Assembly (NCBI RefSeq): GCF_964204645.1 | Contig: NC_134027.1 | Location: forward strand, 3,814,485 to 3,878,484 | DNA: 64,000 nucleotides | Source of the DNA: Tubulanus polymorphus | Lineage: Eukaryota; Animalia; Nemertea | Direction: 5' to 3' | Shown here: one piece after another, positions 1 through 13,100 of the stretch | How positions within the stretch are numbered: position 1 is the stretch's first letter | How the letters are laid out: each line of letters opens with the position of its first letter | The notes under the pieces: generated by a model | The model's input: the letters and a program-made list of their open reading frames with translations, nothing else | Told to the model about the DNA's origin: nothing | The model's database searches: none | Made by a program: the position numbers and the translations under genes

Positions 1-936
1 TCCATACGTTATCAGACAGCAGAGTGACCGGATTTCGAAGTGAATTGAATTTCATTAATTTCCCGAATACTCAACGAATGTAATTTCAATTTCAATTCAT
101 CAATTATGATTATATTTCGGTGTTAGCTCTCCATATGGATATCATCATGTTTCAGCAGAATAAATGCTGGATGTAAAGCTAACACCAAAATAAATGAATT
201 ACATGTACAATGAACAGGGGACATCAATCACCTAATTGTGCGATTATGATATGAACATCTATTTCAAATGCTGGATTAAACACAGTACCATTTCAGAAGA
301 TGTATAGTTCTGCGTTTATTGATTTCAGGAACACAGATTAAAATGTTCTATTACACACTATTAAATTGCTCGGACGTAATTGCGCAAATTTAGCGGCAAT
401 GGCTTATATAGCACGCTTTGCGTGATGAAGCGCGCAAACTGGATTTTTGCATCACATTTCAACATATGCTATATTGCAGACGAGTAAGACTAGCAGTTTG
501 TCAAAGTCAAATTGCTGTTTTCAGAATATAGTATAGTCTCTCGATTTATGTTGCGAGGTAACTGCGGTAAAACAGCCTTGTATTTATCTGTATATGCATA
601 TCACTTTATTGAATTAGAAAATGAATGTTGCAAAATTGTTCCATTCAATATTCATGAGTTTATGATGATTGGATTGATGAAAATTTTTGGATTTTCATCT
701 TTTCTGTCTCCATACGAATGTGCTTCTAATTAGAGGCTGTATATACATCTAATATCTATGGCGCGTCATTCGTGATGCAATTTACTTTCATAGCTCCCAG
801 TGGACATCAATCTAGGACGTCGAGCAAATAGATAAATGTCCCTTCATTTTACACGAAATCCGAGGGTGAATACAGATTTGTAGAAACAGTTCAAAGACCA
901 CGAGCCTCGATCACCCGAGCATTTTCTATATCGGGG

Positions 937-1022
937 CCAAATTTGGCCAGTGCCAGATTAAGTCTCAACCAACCTTTCACACTGGTGCTAGATGTGTCTG
1001 TTTGTCACGGGGCCAAATATGG
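937..1022. promoter_or_regulatory. Pair of CArG boxes (SRF-type CC(A/T)6GG)
   Basis: CCAAATTTGG at 937-946 and CCAAATATGG at 1013-1022. Both are preceded by CGGGG and followed by CC. Function is inferred from the motif only. Confidence 0.4.
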
Positions 1023-4000
1023 CCCTACCAAAAACGTCGGACCATGCCCATGCCAAGTGACTGAACCCGCTTGCAACCGGATTTTAGTAACGAGTGAGTG
1101 ATTTACGTCGGGTCTGATGAGTACATTCTATAATCAAGGGATATTCGAACGGGGCAAATCAGGAAATGACAATAGGTCACCGTGTGATGATGTAAGCTAT
1201 TTTGTCACAACTTCAGCATAAATTACCATTCTACGAATCCAATCTTACGTATATCAAGTACTTTACTAATGACAAACGTGTAAAAATTACCTTTGCTCTC
1301 GCATTATCCTCGTCATAGTGGGCGTTAATGGTACTTAGTTGTCAACACATCAGAATTATTGAAATCGTGTCTTGGCAATTTCCCTTTGTCAAGAGGGGCG
1401 AAGCATACTTTAAACAAAATCGTATACCAGGGGTTGGAGTCGGTTATAACTCTTAATCTTAAAAATCAAGCCGGTCGCAATATCATATGTATTCGTACAC
1501 AGGATTGATGTCGTACGTGTTAAGACATCATACGAGATGAAAAAACTCTTATAGTCAATGGAAGATGACTTCGCTGTAGTTGTATTCTTTCACCGACGGT
1601 CCCCGTATTATCTGAATAATAGTATATACATAAATTAACAGTTGCATTGGAGAGGAATCATTATTTAAATGCGACGTTAATAGGCTTTAATGGGGGCCGG
1701 GCGATTCTAAAATCGAGTGCTGTGCCACGTGTTTTTTTTTAAATACTCTACAAGGTTCCAACAGCCCCGGCAATTTCAATTAGCCTTATTGTCTCAAACA
1801 GTTGCTTTGCTCGGTAAATATACCGCATTCACTCCTGCACACTTCGTAAATAACAATTAAGTTGGTGTAAGGGCTTTTTGGTGTTTGTCCTCGAAGAGAA
1901 AGAACTAAACAGTTTGAATACGTTAAAAGTTGTGTTATTGCCAAGTGAATTGACTTTTAGCCGCGTCGATAGCCCATAATGAATTTTTACTAAATCGGCG
2001 GGGAAATTCTAACCGTGGCGTATGATAGTCGACATCGAGCCCGTATCGGAGAGTAATATCGCAGATGGAAAATCCTGCTGGTACGATTTGTTAAGGTTGT
2101 TTAAATATTTAGCGACGGCTTCGTCGATCAAAATGCGGTCTATTGCAGTCTTCTCGTGTTACGCATGAAACGTCAAGATGTCAACAACTACTTTCTATGC
2201 ATTCCTCGTACTTCAGCGGTCAAATAAATAACCATGGAAATATAGCAGATTATAAGTCTTTATTTGCAGACTGCAAGTATATGCCAGTAAACCATGTTCG
2301 TGGTATATTTTGTTCCCTTCAAATTCGATGGATTAATGAAATCTATACACGGAGATGTACATATCATAGGAATTTCCGATAATACGTTGTAGCTACTGTT
2401 GTTTGGGACTTTATGTATAAACCAGGGGATTAATTGCATTCCCTCGTGGCTATTAAGGCGTCCTGATTGATATCTATCAATCTTAGACCGCTAAATCCGA
2501 CCAGAGAGCTATATATTTGTGATGCAACATAAGCCCAAACCGTGTTATCGACAACTACTTTTTGATTAAAAATATCGTTTTCTTTTTTTCAGCTGCGGTG
2601 GTTCGAGTAGAAGAGTAATTTGGGACGTAGTAGTGCACGTACGCGATATCGAGCACCCCTAAAGCACCCCGATTTAATTAAAAATCTGTCTATTTTGATT
2701 TGGGTGATCAATTCTAATATCTAATCGATTCTGCTAGATATTCACATCTATCTGCAATGATAACAGTTTGAAGCCGACGACGCAATTTTGATGAAAGTTG
2801 ACAAACGAAATAGAAACAACTACATTGAAAGTACACGATGAAGTAATTAGTTCAGAGTTGAGATTAATTTGGATATAGCGTGATTTATCAACTTTCGCAG
2901 CAGGTGCTTTGATATAAGTTACCACGCCGATGCACACGAAGAAACAATTTGCCGTAATCACTTTGAAGTTGTTGATAAAATAAAAATCGTGAGAAAAGAC
3001 GCTTAGTACGACTCGATGCACTAATGATCGTTTCACGATTGATATATACTTTCAATCACGCGAAGCCTATCTAAAGCGTTCCTCGTGTAGGCAAAATACA
3101 AGAAAATAGAATACACTGAAAACCATTTGTACGTTTCTACGTCAAAATAAGCCAGAAATCTCTTATTTTCGAGCACTGGGAATATTCGATCACATTCGTC
3201 ATAATTGTTGGGTAAGAACTAAATCATAGTGCGCCCAGTATATATACGTATTTCGAGGGAAGTTTTTCGTATTGGACAATTTGTCATGCGATAATAGCGT
3301 TGATGGTGGACGATAACACAACGTGCTCACAGCTTTATGGTGTAACTGAGAAATGTAGAAACTGATAGTATCCGTGAATAATTACTGGCTGCCAGTTTCT
3401 ATGCGAACTGTAAGCGATAGAAAATTACCAACATTTGAGACGAATGTCGACGGAACACTACGCGCGCGTGGATGTAGCGAGTTCGGACGACCATTTCTCC
3501 GCGGAATCGTCTACTACAAATTATGATATTGCATGATAGAAAAAAATGTATAATCGGAGTTGCTGAAATACCAATCTCATTACGGATTTATCTTCTGAAA
3601 CTGGGCGACTGTCATCGGTAAAGCTGTGCGAAAGTGGTGCGAACTCATCCGTTTGTCCTTTTCAGTATTCACACTGCGGCATTCATTACCAGGACAAATA
3701 TTAAGAGCGATCTCGGCAATATTTACGACTGTTACTGATAATCTTGTTATAACTACCACGGTTTGACATTGATTTCGGCTTCCACTACGACTGTGAACTA
3801 TCGCATTCGGTGAGGAAAATTTCGACGTTTTCTATTTCGATTTTGCCTAATCAATCAGTAGAGTTTCAACATCAACCCGCATTCATTAAATATTTAAACT
3901 AAAACTAAAATCGCTTAAGAATAATTAATATTTTGATTGATTCTCCAGGGGGATTCATCGTATGAATGTTGCTATTCGTAACGAGGAATAATGGCAAATG

Positions 4001-4604
4001 CGTGAATAAACCAGGAGAGTCGTCGAGACGCGCAAATTAGAGTTACCTAATGAGAGCGAAAAGAACAGGGTTCACCATCATTTGTGGAAAATAGGAAAAG
4101 TGGTCTACGCGTTATTTTACATCGGTTGCTTTCATTCGACTGAGAATCAGGCGAATTTTTGCCCGAGATCTGTCAAACATTAATGGATAATTCCACAAGT
4201 GTCGCAATAACTAAAACATACGTGAGCATTCGATTGTTTAATGGACGTGTTTAACCTCAAACTAACCGACGGAATAAACGAATACAGATATTTCAGATGT
4301 CTGACTTATTTGGCAATGGTATCTTCGACTATGTATAACGCGATTTTTCATACCATATCCACGGAGTTTCAAGTTCGACGTACTAGGGAAGCCACGTTTA
4401 TGAATTAGTCGTTTCTGTGTGTTGTGTTCATTATCATTAGTCGACACTCATTGCTCTTTAGAGGATGTTCACAAAAGCCACTCAAATCAAATCGATATCA
4501 TAACTGCGAATATCACAAAAACTTCCAGTCCAATGCGTATACAGTCGTGCTATTTCACGTATACGATATATAAGATATAATTGTTACCGACGCTGACAGA
4601 AGCC

Positions 4605-5744
4605 ATGGATGGTGGTCATCATTTCGAAGAAGAAGCCGAAGACCATTCACCGTATTGCGTCCGATTTTCGGAGATAACTACACATGACTTGCACTTCATT
4701 CTGACCGTTCTGATTTTAGGCCCGATCTCGCTGCTGGGTATAGTGATGAACTTTCTTTGTATAATCATACTATCTCAAGATAGTCGAAAGTCCACAGCTG
4801 CATTTCTACTGCTACTCATGGCTGTTGCCGATGGTTTTTTCATGCTGTTCGATTTTGCATCGATGACCGCTCCAGCTCTGGCGTCCATGGGTCCGATGTG
4901 CACCAGCATATCAGCCGAATCGAAAGCCACCTATAAACAAACCTTGCCGTATCTTCTTACGTTAATGGAAGTAGCTCGAACACTTTCAGTGTGGTTAACT
5001 GCTGTTGCTTTACTTAGCCGATATGTGGATGTGTTCAACCCCTTACACTCGTCCCCTCATTGCACGTTACCGTGCATAAAAAAGCAAATAATTGCATTGG
5101 CGATTTATTGTGCTATATTCAATATTCCGAGGTTCTTCGAGCTACGACGACATTGCCATAGCCACGAAGAAAGTCACCAGTCAGAAAACCACACAATTAC
5201 CGAACCTCCCGTGGAGCATAAACAGACAACTGGTGATAAGTGTTTATATAATACGAAATTTGCCATACCGTACAACGTCTTGATTGTCGCGCTGAATCAT
5301 TTCATCCCTGTGTTAATTGTTGGTAGTTTGACGTATAAACTAGGTGCTCTTTGGAAACTACATACCTCCGATAAGCTGATGAAGTCTGAGCAGCAATTCT
5401 ACGGTGGCTACGACCAACATATGCACGTTACACGCACTATCGTAGCCATCGGAACGCTGTTCTTATTTTGTGAGGTCCCATTTGTCGGTTTCATGTTCCA
5501 TCAGATATTTCGGCGTATATATCCGGAAATGGAACCGAATTGGGACAGCCGCGCCAAATCTGCTGTTGCAACGATCATTTCGTATTTATTTCAAGACCTA
5601 AACTGCTGTTCGAAGTTTATCATATACTTTATATTCGGTAAAAAGTTCCGGAAACACGTGCAATATGTGTTCAAATGTTGTGCTTTAAAACCATTGACAG
5701 TGCATAGACGGAGGTCGCTCACTAGAGAGACCATTGTGAGATGA
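4605..5744 (+). CDS. Intronless class A GPCR, FMRFamide/peptide receptor-like
   Basis: ORF 4581-5744 with first ATG at 4605 (MDGG). Seven hydrophobic segments. Motifs: GIVMN (TM1), LMAVADG (TM2), SVWLT..SRY (TM3), FNIPRFFE (TM4/ECL2, typical of FMRFamide-receptor-like GPCRs), FLFCEVP (TM6), NCCSKFIIYFIFGKKFR (TM7/helix 8). Confidence 0.85.
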   Translation: MDGGHHFEEEAEDHSPYCVRFSEITTHDLHFILTVLILGPISLLGIVMNFLCIIILSQDSRKSTAAFLLLLMAVADGFFMLFDFASMTAPALASMGPMCTSISAESKATYKQTLPYLLTLMEVARTLSVWLTAVALLSRYVDVFNPLHSSPHCTLPCIKKQIIALAIYCAIFNIPRFFELRRHCHSHEESHQSENHTITEPPVEHKQTTGDKCLYNTKFAIPYNVLIVALNHFIPVLIVGSLTYKLGALWKLHTSDKLMKSEQQFYGGYDQHMHVTRTIVAIGTLFLFCEVPFVGFMFHQIFRRIYPEMEPNWDSRAKSAVATIISYLFQDLNCCSKFIIYFIFGKKFRKHVQYVFKCCALKPLTVHRRRSLTRETIVR

Positions 5745-7675
5745 TGTCTACTTGATCTATCAATACTGTTTGTGGTAATTCGAAATCTATTACTCGAACA
5801 ACAACAAAATTACCATTTTACGGATCTGGCTTTAAAGCTGGATAAACAGGTTAACTGAGGTATCTCAAGCCACAGGAAACAACGTGAAAACGAAATCGAA
5901 GCAAGCGGGCAAAATTGCACCTCGTGGTGTTAAAAATGGTTGCAAAAGATATTGAGTCCATGGATATCTGCTAAATTTATCATTAAACAATACCTCCGTG
6001 GAGTCCGGAATCTGTGGTTAACCAATGCAGATTGATTTTTTTCCTAAATATCAATGAGAGTCCAATATTGTCACGAGAATTTCAGCTTGGAAAACAGTAC
6101 TTTGCTATTCGGATGTGTGGTCGTAAAATTATGAATAATGAAATGTAAATCTTACATCGGTAAATGTACGAATTTATCATTCTTTATTCACTTTAATATT
6201 GTATGCTATGAAGGTATCTGTATAACATTACATTATTTCATCAGACTTTCCAAAAAGTCCATTAATTCTAAATGAAATAAACAACTCTCGTAACTTAATT
6301 CTTATTGTAAAACGGTCTGTATGTTCTAATAAATATATATGCAATTTTTATCGAGCATCTGTTCGTCTATGTTATCGAAGAAATGAAAAGTCATTAGATT
6401 CGCATTGTATATCAGTACCAACAAGAAATAATTTGACGCCATTAGAAACATCCGTGCGTTGTCCTGGTAGCGAGCAGAACAACATCATATCATATTGAAT
6501 AGAATATTCTTTCACTACCGAAAGACATGGAATTAAAATCTACCAGTATTTCCCAGCGGTAGTTTTCCAACCTTCGGTTTCATATTTTGTAAAGATTATT
6601 CGTGTGGGTGTCATTATACTTAGTTTAATTCCCAGATGTCTAATTTCATGTTATATTAAAAATAATTTATTCGTTCGATTTCAGTTCACCGGCACAGACA
6701 CATCGTCATATCCCGCGGCTCGTATGGTGCAAAATTCAGGCCAATTAATTCAATACAGAACAGCCTCAAATTAAAATGAAAATATCTCCCGACCTACGTC
6801 TTAATCATAGCCGTATCCAGTCAAGACAGCTCTTATATCATAGCAGATATATTTTCACACGGCTTGTACCCTTTTTCAAACGTTATCTCACAGCGCGAAA
6901 CTACATATTCATCGCAATAAAGACCCAGAATGCCACCAGGAAGATGAATGAGAAAAAATGAATTGAGAGTAAACCATGCTTTTGTACATGGACGGAAAAT
7001 TTATTCCTGCGATTTTTGGAGATTAGAATATCGTGCTAGAAGTTGCCATGTCAGATATGACAAAAAACGGCAGGCTCACTTCCGTATAATTATCAAAAAT
7101 GTTACATTACGATCTGAGTGAAAAGTCCCTGCATAGATCTGGGCCTCGATCGCTCACCAGATGAAAACGACATGTACATCAGAGGAGTTGTTGTATCCCG
7201 ATATTTCAAAAATATTGGCCTCTATTTGTTCCTAAATTATTAAAGGTTTTCAGCTCCATAAGTTTGAAACAACATCGATAATGATCTAAAATAACAATAA
7301 AAGGTCGAGGCCTCTGACAGATCTCGGCTTCTGGCCACGAATTGACGTAGCATCATGCGGAAACACGTATTTTCAATATTTATAGGCATGTTTTCAAATA
7401 CGCAGCCGTTGCCAGTGATTTTTCAGCCGTGAATTGAAAACAATTTTCATACACGTATATTCCTGTCATCACAGCTGTATTGTCATTGTAATTTTCAATT
7501 TGTATGTATGACAAAGAAAACACATAATGCTTTTAAAGTGGAGAACAGGTTTTCAATATATGCATACGCACTAGAAATATCTAATACTCGTGTGGATTTG
7601 GATCGCGTGGTTTGTTGTGAATAAAACGTAACATATATTCATCGTCTAACCGGTAAAAAAAAAGGAAAGCCATTC

Positions 7676-9103
7676 ATGTCTGGATTAGGTACTGCATTAG
7701 GGTTGTTGTATGCTACGCTTATCGTTTTTCACACAAACACGAATGGACTGCAGTTTGCGCCCACACCTAGCACTCAGATAGACACCTCAACATGCGGCGT
7801 TTCAAAGGGCTGCTTCCAAGTCCCTGCTGGTTGTTCTTTTACAAATTGCGATTATCTGCTCACATACCAAGCCAATGGGAACAACATCGTTTTCGAACTC
7901 AGCTCGAAAGTTACATCTGGAACGACGGAACCATACGTAGCAGTCGGATTTTCTTCAGACACTAAAATGGGTGACGATTCAGTGATAGGTTGTTTATACG
8001 TGGCATCATCTGGTCAAATGAATGTTTACCAGTCTTACAATCTTGGACATACGAACATTCCGATCACTAATACTGCTTTCGGTTTATCAAGCGTTGAAGG
8101 TGGGGTCAAAGATGGAAGAATAACTTGCAGATTTTCTCGTCAAAAAACCGTTGTGCCTCACGATCCACAAGTTTTTGATCTTACTAAACCTTTCTACCTA
8201 ATGATTGCGAGAGGTGCGCAATCTGGCGGACATTTGGCGATGCATTCAACATCAGCCGGCCAACTGCCAGTCGTCTCATCCGAGAAAATCGACCTTACCG
8301 CTTTGTCAAAAACTGGACGTTCATCTGGAGTCTCCTCTGAAAAATTAATGAAACGAGCACACGCCATTTGTATGATCATTGCATGGATGTTACCGGCCGG
8401 GCTCGGAATAATAATCGCACGATATTATAAACATAGTTTGAATAGACAATGTTTAAGACGAAAATTGTGGTTCAACTTGCACCGCGTCTGTATGGTAACA
8501 GTGTTGTGTTTAACAATCGTGGGTATCGTAACGATTGTAATAGCCGTAGGTGGATTTGAAATGGACGAAGAACTGCCGGGTCGAGCCCATCCCATTCTTG
8601 GAATTATAGTTGCTATTCTATGCATTCTCAACCCGATAATGGCGCAGTTTAGACCACACCCAGACGATGAAAGGAGACCGATATTCAACTGGAGCCATCG
8701 TATCGTTGGTTTTACGGCGCACGTATTTTCCATGGCTGCTATGTTGACAGGAATACAAATGGGGGATTTTGAAATTCCCAATTGGACGTGGATGTTCGTG
8801 GCCGTTTATATCGCCGTTCACTTCTCAGCCGCAATCTTCCTGCACGTTTCCAAACGGATTGACGAGAAAAATGGCAATCGACGAAGACGCGTTTCAAAAG
8901 AATATTCGCACGATTTCGTGCCATTAACTGAAATGAATGAGTCGATAGCTGGTGGTGTTGATGATGATGCTGAAAGTGAAAAACGTCATCGAAAAATATT
9001 TGACTTTTCATTCGATTTCATACGTCAAACGTTACTGCTAGTGTACGCGATCTTTGTAAGCGCTCTTACACTGGTTTTGGCGTCATATATTGCACAGGGA
9101 TGA
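7676..9103 (+). CDS. Ferric-chelate reductase 1-like (signal peptide + DOMON + cytochrome b561), intronless
   Basis: 475-aa ORF with an N-terminal hydrophobic signal. DOMON motifs CGVSKGCF, YVAVGFSSDTKMGDDSVIGC and GRITCRFSR. The b561 domain keeps four heme His residues (RAHAICM, LHRVCM, AHPILG, WSHRIVG). AATAAA at 9167-9172. Confidence 0.92.
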   Translation: MSGLGTALGLLYATLIVFHTNTNGLQFAPTPSTQIDTSTCGVSKGCFQVPAGCSFTNCDYLLTYQANGNNIVFELSSKVTSGTTEPYVAVGFSSDTKMGDDSVIGCLYVASSGQMNVYQSYNLGHTNIPITNTAFGLSSVEGGVKDGRITCRFSRQKTVVPHDPQVFDLTKPFYLMIARGAQSGGHLAMHSTSAGQLPVVSSEKIDLTALSKTGRSSGVSSEKLMKRAHAICMIIAWMLPAGLGIIIARYYKHSLNRQCLRRKLWFNLHRVCMVTVLCLTIVGIVTIVIAVGGFEMDEELPGRAHPILGIIVAILCILNPIMAQFRPHPDDERRPIFNWSHRIVGFTAHVFSMAAMLTGIQMGDFEIPNWTWMFVAVYIAVHFSAAIFLHVSKRIDEKNGNRRRRVSKEYSHDFVPLTEMNESIAGGVDDDAESEKRHRKIFDFSFDFIRQTLLLVYAIFVSALTLVLASYIAQG

Positions 9104-10148
9104 GGAAATAGAACAAAAGAAAACTGATAAGAATCCTAGAAATACATGTATATATACATACTATCCAATAAAACACTCTAAAAAGTCAACGATTAGAACA
9201 TCAGTTTATTAAGAAACTTTACTTTTAGCGTATAAGGATTTATATCAATAAAAGCTTAAATAGGGAAACCCGATTTCTACTATAGAGAATATTGCAAGCA
9301 TGAATAGGCAAAATATATCGGTATAAACAAAATACTACTCACTAGAGAAAATATTTCATTTTTTCGTGTCTGTATCTCTTGCATTATGAGACCTATCGGG
9401 AAAGTTACTTTGAGATTGATTTTGTCGTTGTTTTATACAAAACTAGCATTGTTATAACAACACTCATCGCGCCATACAAAAAGCAGTGTCATGGAGAGAT
9501 AAATATTTCATTTTACAAAATACATCTTCCCAATATCATCAATCGGGAAAATTAATTTCTATACAAAGTTTCTCACGTAAAACGTCGTCATTTATACAAT
9601 GTAAGAATGTATTATCGTTGTTAATGAACGGTTGATATTAATCATATAGTTTTGTTTACAAGATATGCATGAATACATAAGAGTGTAATATAAATGTAAC
9701 CATGCACGTGCATACACTCTGTCAATGACACGTAACTGCATGTAGTGATAGATATACATACATGTAGCTCAAGACAACGTTGTATAAATTCAAACATGGA
9801 TTAGAGCGCGTAATCACTTCACTACATATTACAATGTAGTACTTTAAACTATTCAACGAGGTTAAGATATAACAGGTCATTCAAACGGCACAAGTCAATG
9901 ATGGTGGCTAGAAAGCAACCGAAACATTGTGGTATCAATAAACCTTCTTTGGTCAAGTGTAGGATAATTCTTAATCAAATTTTTCACTGATTAGTGTGCT
10001 TCAATATTAACTCGTTGTAGATGTGTTGGTATTTCTTTGTATCTATACTTGTATATCACATTTCAAAATGCATCTCAAAATGCATGTTAGATGTTGCGCG
10101 TGGGATCAGCCTTAACCAAATGATTATGTGGTAAAGCAATTGATAAAT

Positions 10149-13100
10149 CTAAAGGATAGTACATCCACAGCAGCACTGTTGCGGATAGTCTGGACAATGA
10201 ACTTTCTGCTCTAAGCCATAAACCCAGAATCTCATATGTTTATCCTTCCAGTTGTAAGCGCATTCAGTCACCGGAACACCTCTTAGACGATGACGCTAGA
10301 AATTAATAAACTTCATTTTAGGTTACGTGAAAAAAACAAAACCTCCGTTTAAGCGACCGATTGAGCCATCGTAATACCTGACGTAATATTCTCTCATTTG
10401 GGAACGAAACTCGATGCGATTCGATCAGTCGTACAGAATTCTCATTTATACGTTGAACAGGATACGATGTTATAGGCCAAACCTGGACGAAAAGATGAAA
10501 ATATAATTCACATTTTGTTAAACTCTCATCCTGAACTTAAGCGGGGTGGCCGTTCGTAATTATGACGATGATGCGTCGCAAGATTATAATGTAGTCAATA
10601 ATATAAATGATTGCTAAAGATTACTTGAGGTAAGTCCTGTTCGTATATGGCAACACCAGATACATCCCTCACAAGAGTTTCGGGCATATCTGAACCTTCT
10701 AGAATAAAATCACTCAAGTGGTTGGTGCTGAAGAAAAGAAGATAAATATCAGTAGACGGTGATTCAATGAAAATTGATAACGATTTGTACGTGCATTATT
10801 AAGTGATAACGTTCAACTTACAAAGAAACAACTAACTGCACATAATTTTTCAATTGTCGATAACCTTGGCAGGTTCCACATCTAACACGACCGTCGCCAT
10901 GGCACCAAGTGCATCTGTAATAAAAAAAGTTTGTTTATGATTTTGCACCAAAATAATGCTTTAACATAAACCGAATAAGAGATTAGCTGGTAGCGGGAAT
11001 AAAAGTAACTGGTATTGCGCAAAAACCCTACATTATGAAATACAATGAATTATTACAGTTTTATTGATAACGTTCGTCTGTCAGCTATCAAACCACCATC
11101 TGGTGGAAGGCGGATTACGAACATCAGTGAAAGATGATTAAAATATCTACCGTTTTCTGCCATCACCTCCACAACTATGACAGTGTTCATGTTCACCGTT
11201 TGCACCAGTTCGGTGACCACTACCATGACAGAACGTGCATCTTTCATGTCCTTTGCCAAAGCAATGTCTGCACCGAGTAAAACCCCGTCCCCAACAGAAA
11301 TGACACATCTAAAACATATGTTCAGTGGCTTCTAAAGTCTAAGAATTAGGTGGAAATTTTATGTCGTTCTTATGATAACTTACCGACACACTTTCTGTGT
11401 GGGGAACACGTGTCTTCTTCGTATGGTTGTTGAAGAAAGAGTCAGCATTGAACGGTATTTCCCAAGGTCCCGGTGCTCGGCCGTTGTGAGGTCCATCAAT
11501 CATACCTCCATAAAATGGCTCATACTTGTAAGTGGAGTTACGAGATTCCGTAAATGTCTCTAAAGTCAACTGAAACCAAATTCGTGAGTCTTTTTACTAA
11601 GGCTAAACAAAAATGATACCTTGTTTCTCCGCAGCGGCCGGGTCATTTTTTGTAAAATAAGATACAATTTATAAACAGTTCATTTCTATAGCGGCCGGGT
11701 CTGTTATTGTGAAATTGATCACGATTTTAAAAAAAGTAATGTATAGGGTAGATAGGCGGCCGGCCGGGTCAACATTTAAGCTCAGCAGAGCGGAGAAACA
11801 AGGTATCAATTTTTTTTGGCCTAATTCATCATTTTCAGGACTTGTTCAGAGATAACATTGTTGAATTCGCATTACGTGTAAGGCAGTTGATGGTTTGATA
11901 TCCTCAATGCGCATGTCTTTAGCAGGTGCTTTACCATAACAGCAGTGTTCAGCAACAAAATTGGACATCGCATGTCTACATTCTTCCTCAGATAAACAGC
12001 CAACACTAAATTTACATACACATAAAAAAAACTATGAGGATGGCCCTTATATGAAACTGGTAATGAAAAATAGAATTTTGCATATCGATAATTAAAAATA
12101 GAAGTGATATCGAGGATTTAGTAAGATATATTAATCTTACCCAGAAAACTGCATCACCGGTGCTTCACCAGATGGAGGTGGTAGTGACGGAGGTGGTGCA
12201 GTAGGTTGGACTATAACAAAAATATTCCAATGTATCTATAACATATGTGCATAACCGATATTGGGTATGATTTCTAAGACAAGAAATATTCAACCTACGC
12301 TGGTCAAATCCGGTTGGAAGGTATCCTTCGAACTGGGGAAGCTGTGGCACCGGGGCTTCTGTATCATCGTTAGGTATTTCACCTCCCATACTCGGTTGCC
12401 ATGCTGTGGGATACGTGTAATGAATAATGCATTTCAAAAATTTCATGAATTTTACAAATCGATGTTCTAAAATTGATACCGTTACTCACCTCCAGGTGCA
12501 CCAGGCCCCATCGCCACGCCTTGCTGGGCTGGCGGATAGCCACCTTGCTGGGCTGGCGGATAGCCACCTTGCTGAGCTGGTGGATAGCCTGCATTGCCAG
12601 GATTACCGTACGGTCCCTGTGGCATAGGCTGACCTGCAAAGTGTGTCAAAATGAGATCATCATGCGTTCCAAAAATAAGCATGGTGTAAACGTAAACGAT
12701 TAGGCCTATTTTACATCCTGTTCATGTCGCTGGAACTATGTATGATTAATTAGAATTATAGAGATGAGCCTCTAGATAAGTTTCACATCAGTTGGAAAAC
12801 ATACGAAAACGAATGTTTTCGTAGATTCAGCAACAAATCTCGTCAGGCCGATCATCGATCGCTGGCACGGACTCAGACAAGCAAGCAGTAGTGGAAGCTT
12901 CAAGGGACCAGAACATAATATGTTCGTTACAGCAGATAATTCGTTATATCAGAGTGGTGGGACCTCCCTGGTTATATCAAGTATACAATCATTAGATTGC
13001 GGGCAAAATTTTAGGTTTAAATATCCGATAAATCGTTTTCCGAGGTTCAACATGTGGAAAGATCAGTAACTCTTTTACACATTATGTGAATATTATGCGT

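Noticed and set aside
8194-9011. Minus-strand ORFs inside the FRRS1-like gene
   Set aside because: Shadow frames of a genuine coding sequence.
12520-12590. CRISPR-like array
   Set aside because: Spacerless coding tandem repeat in a eukaryotic exon.
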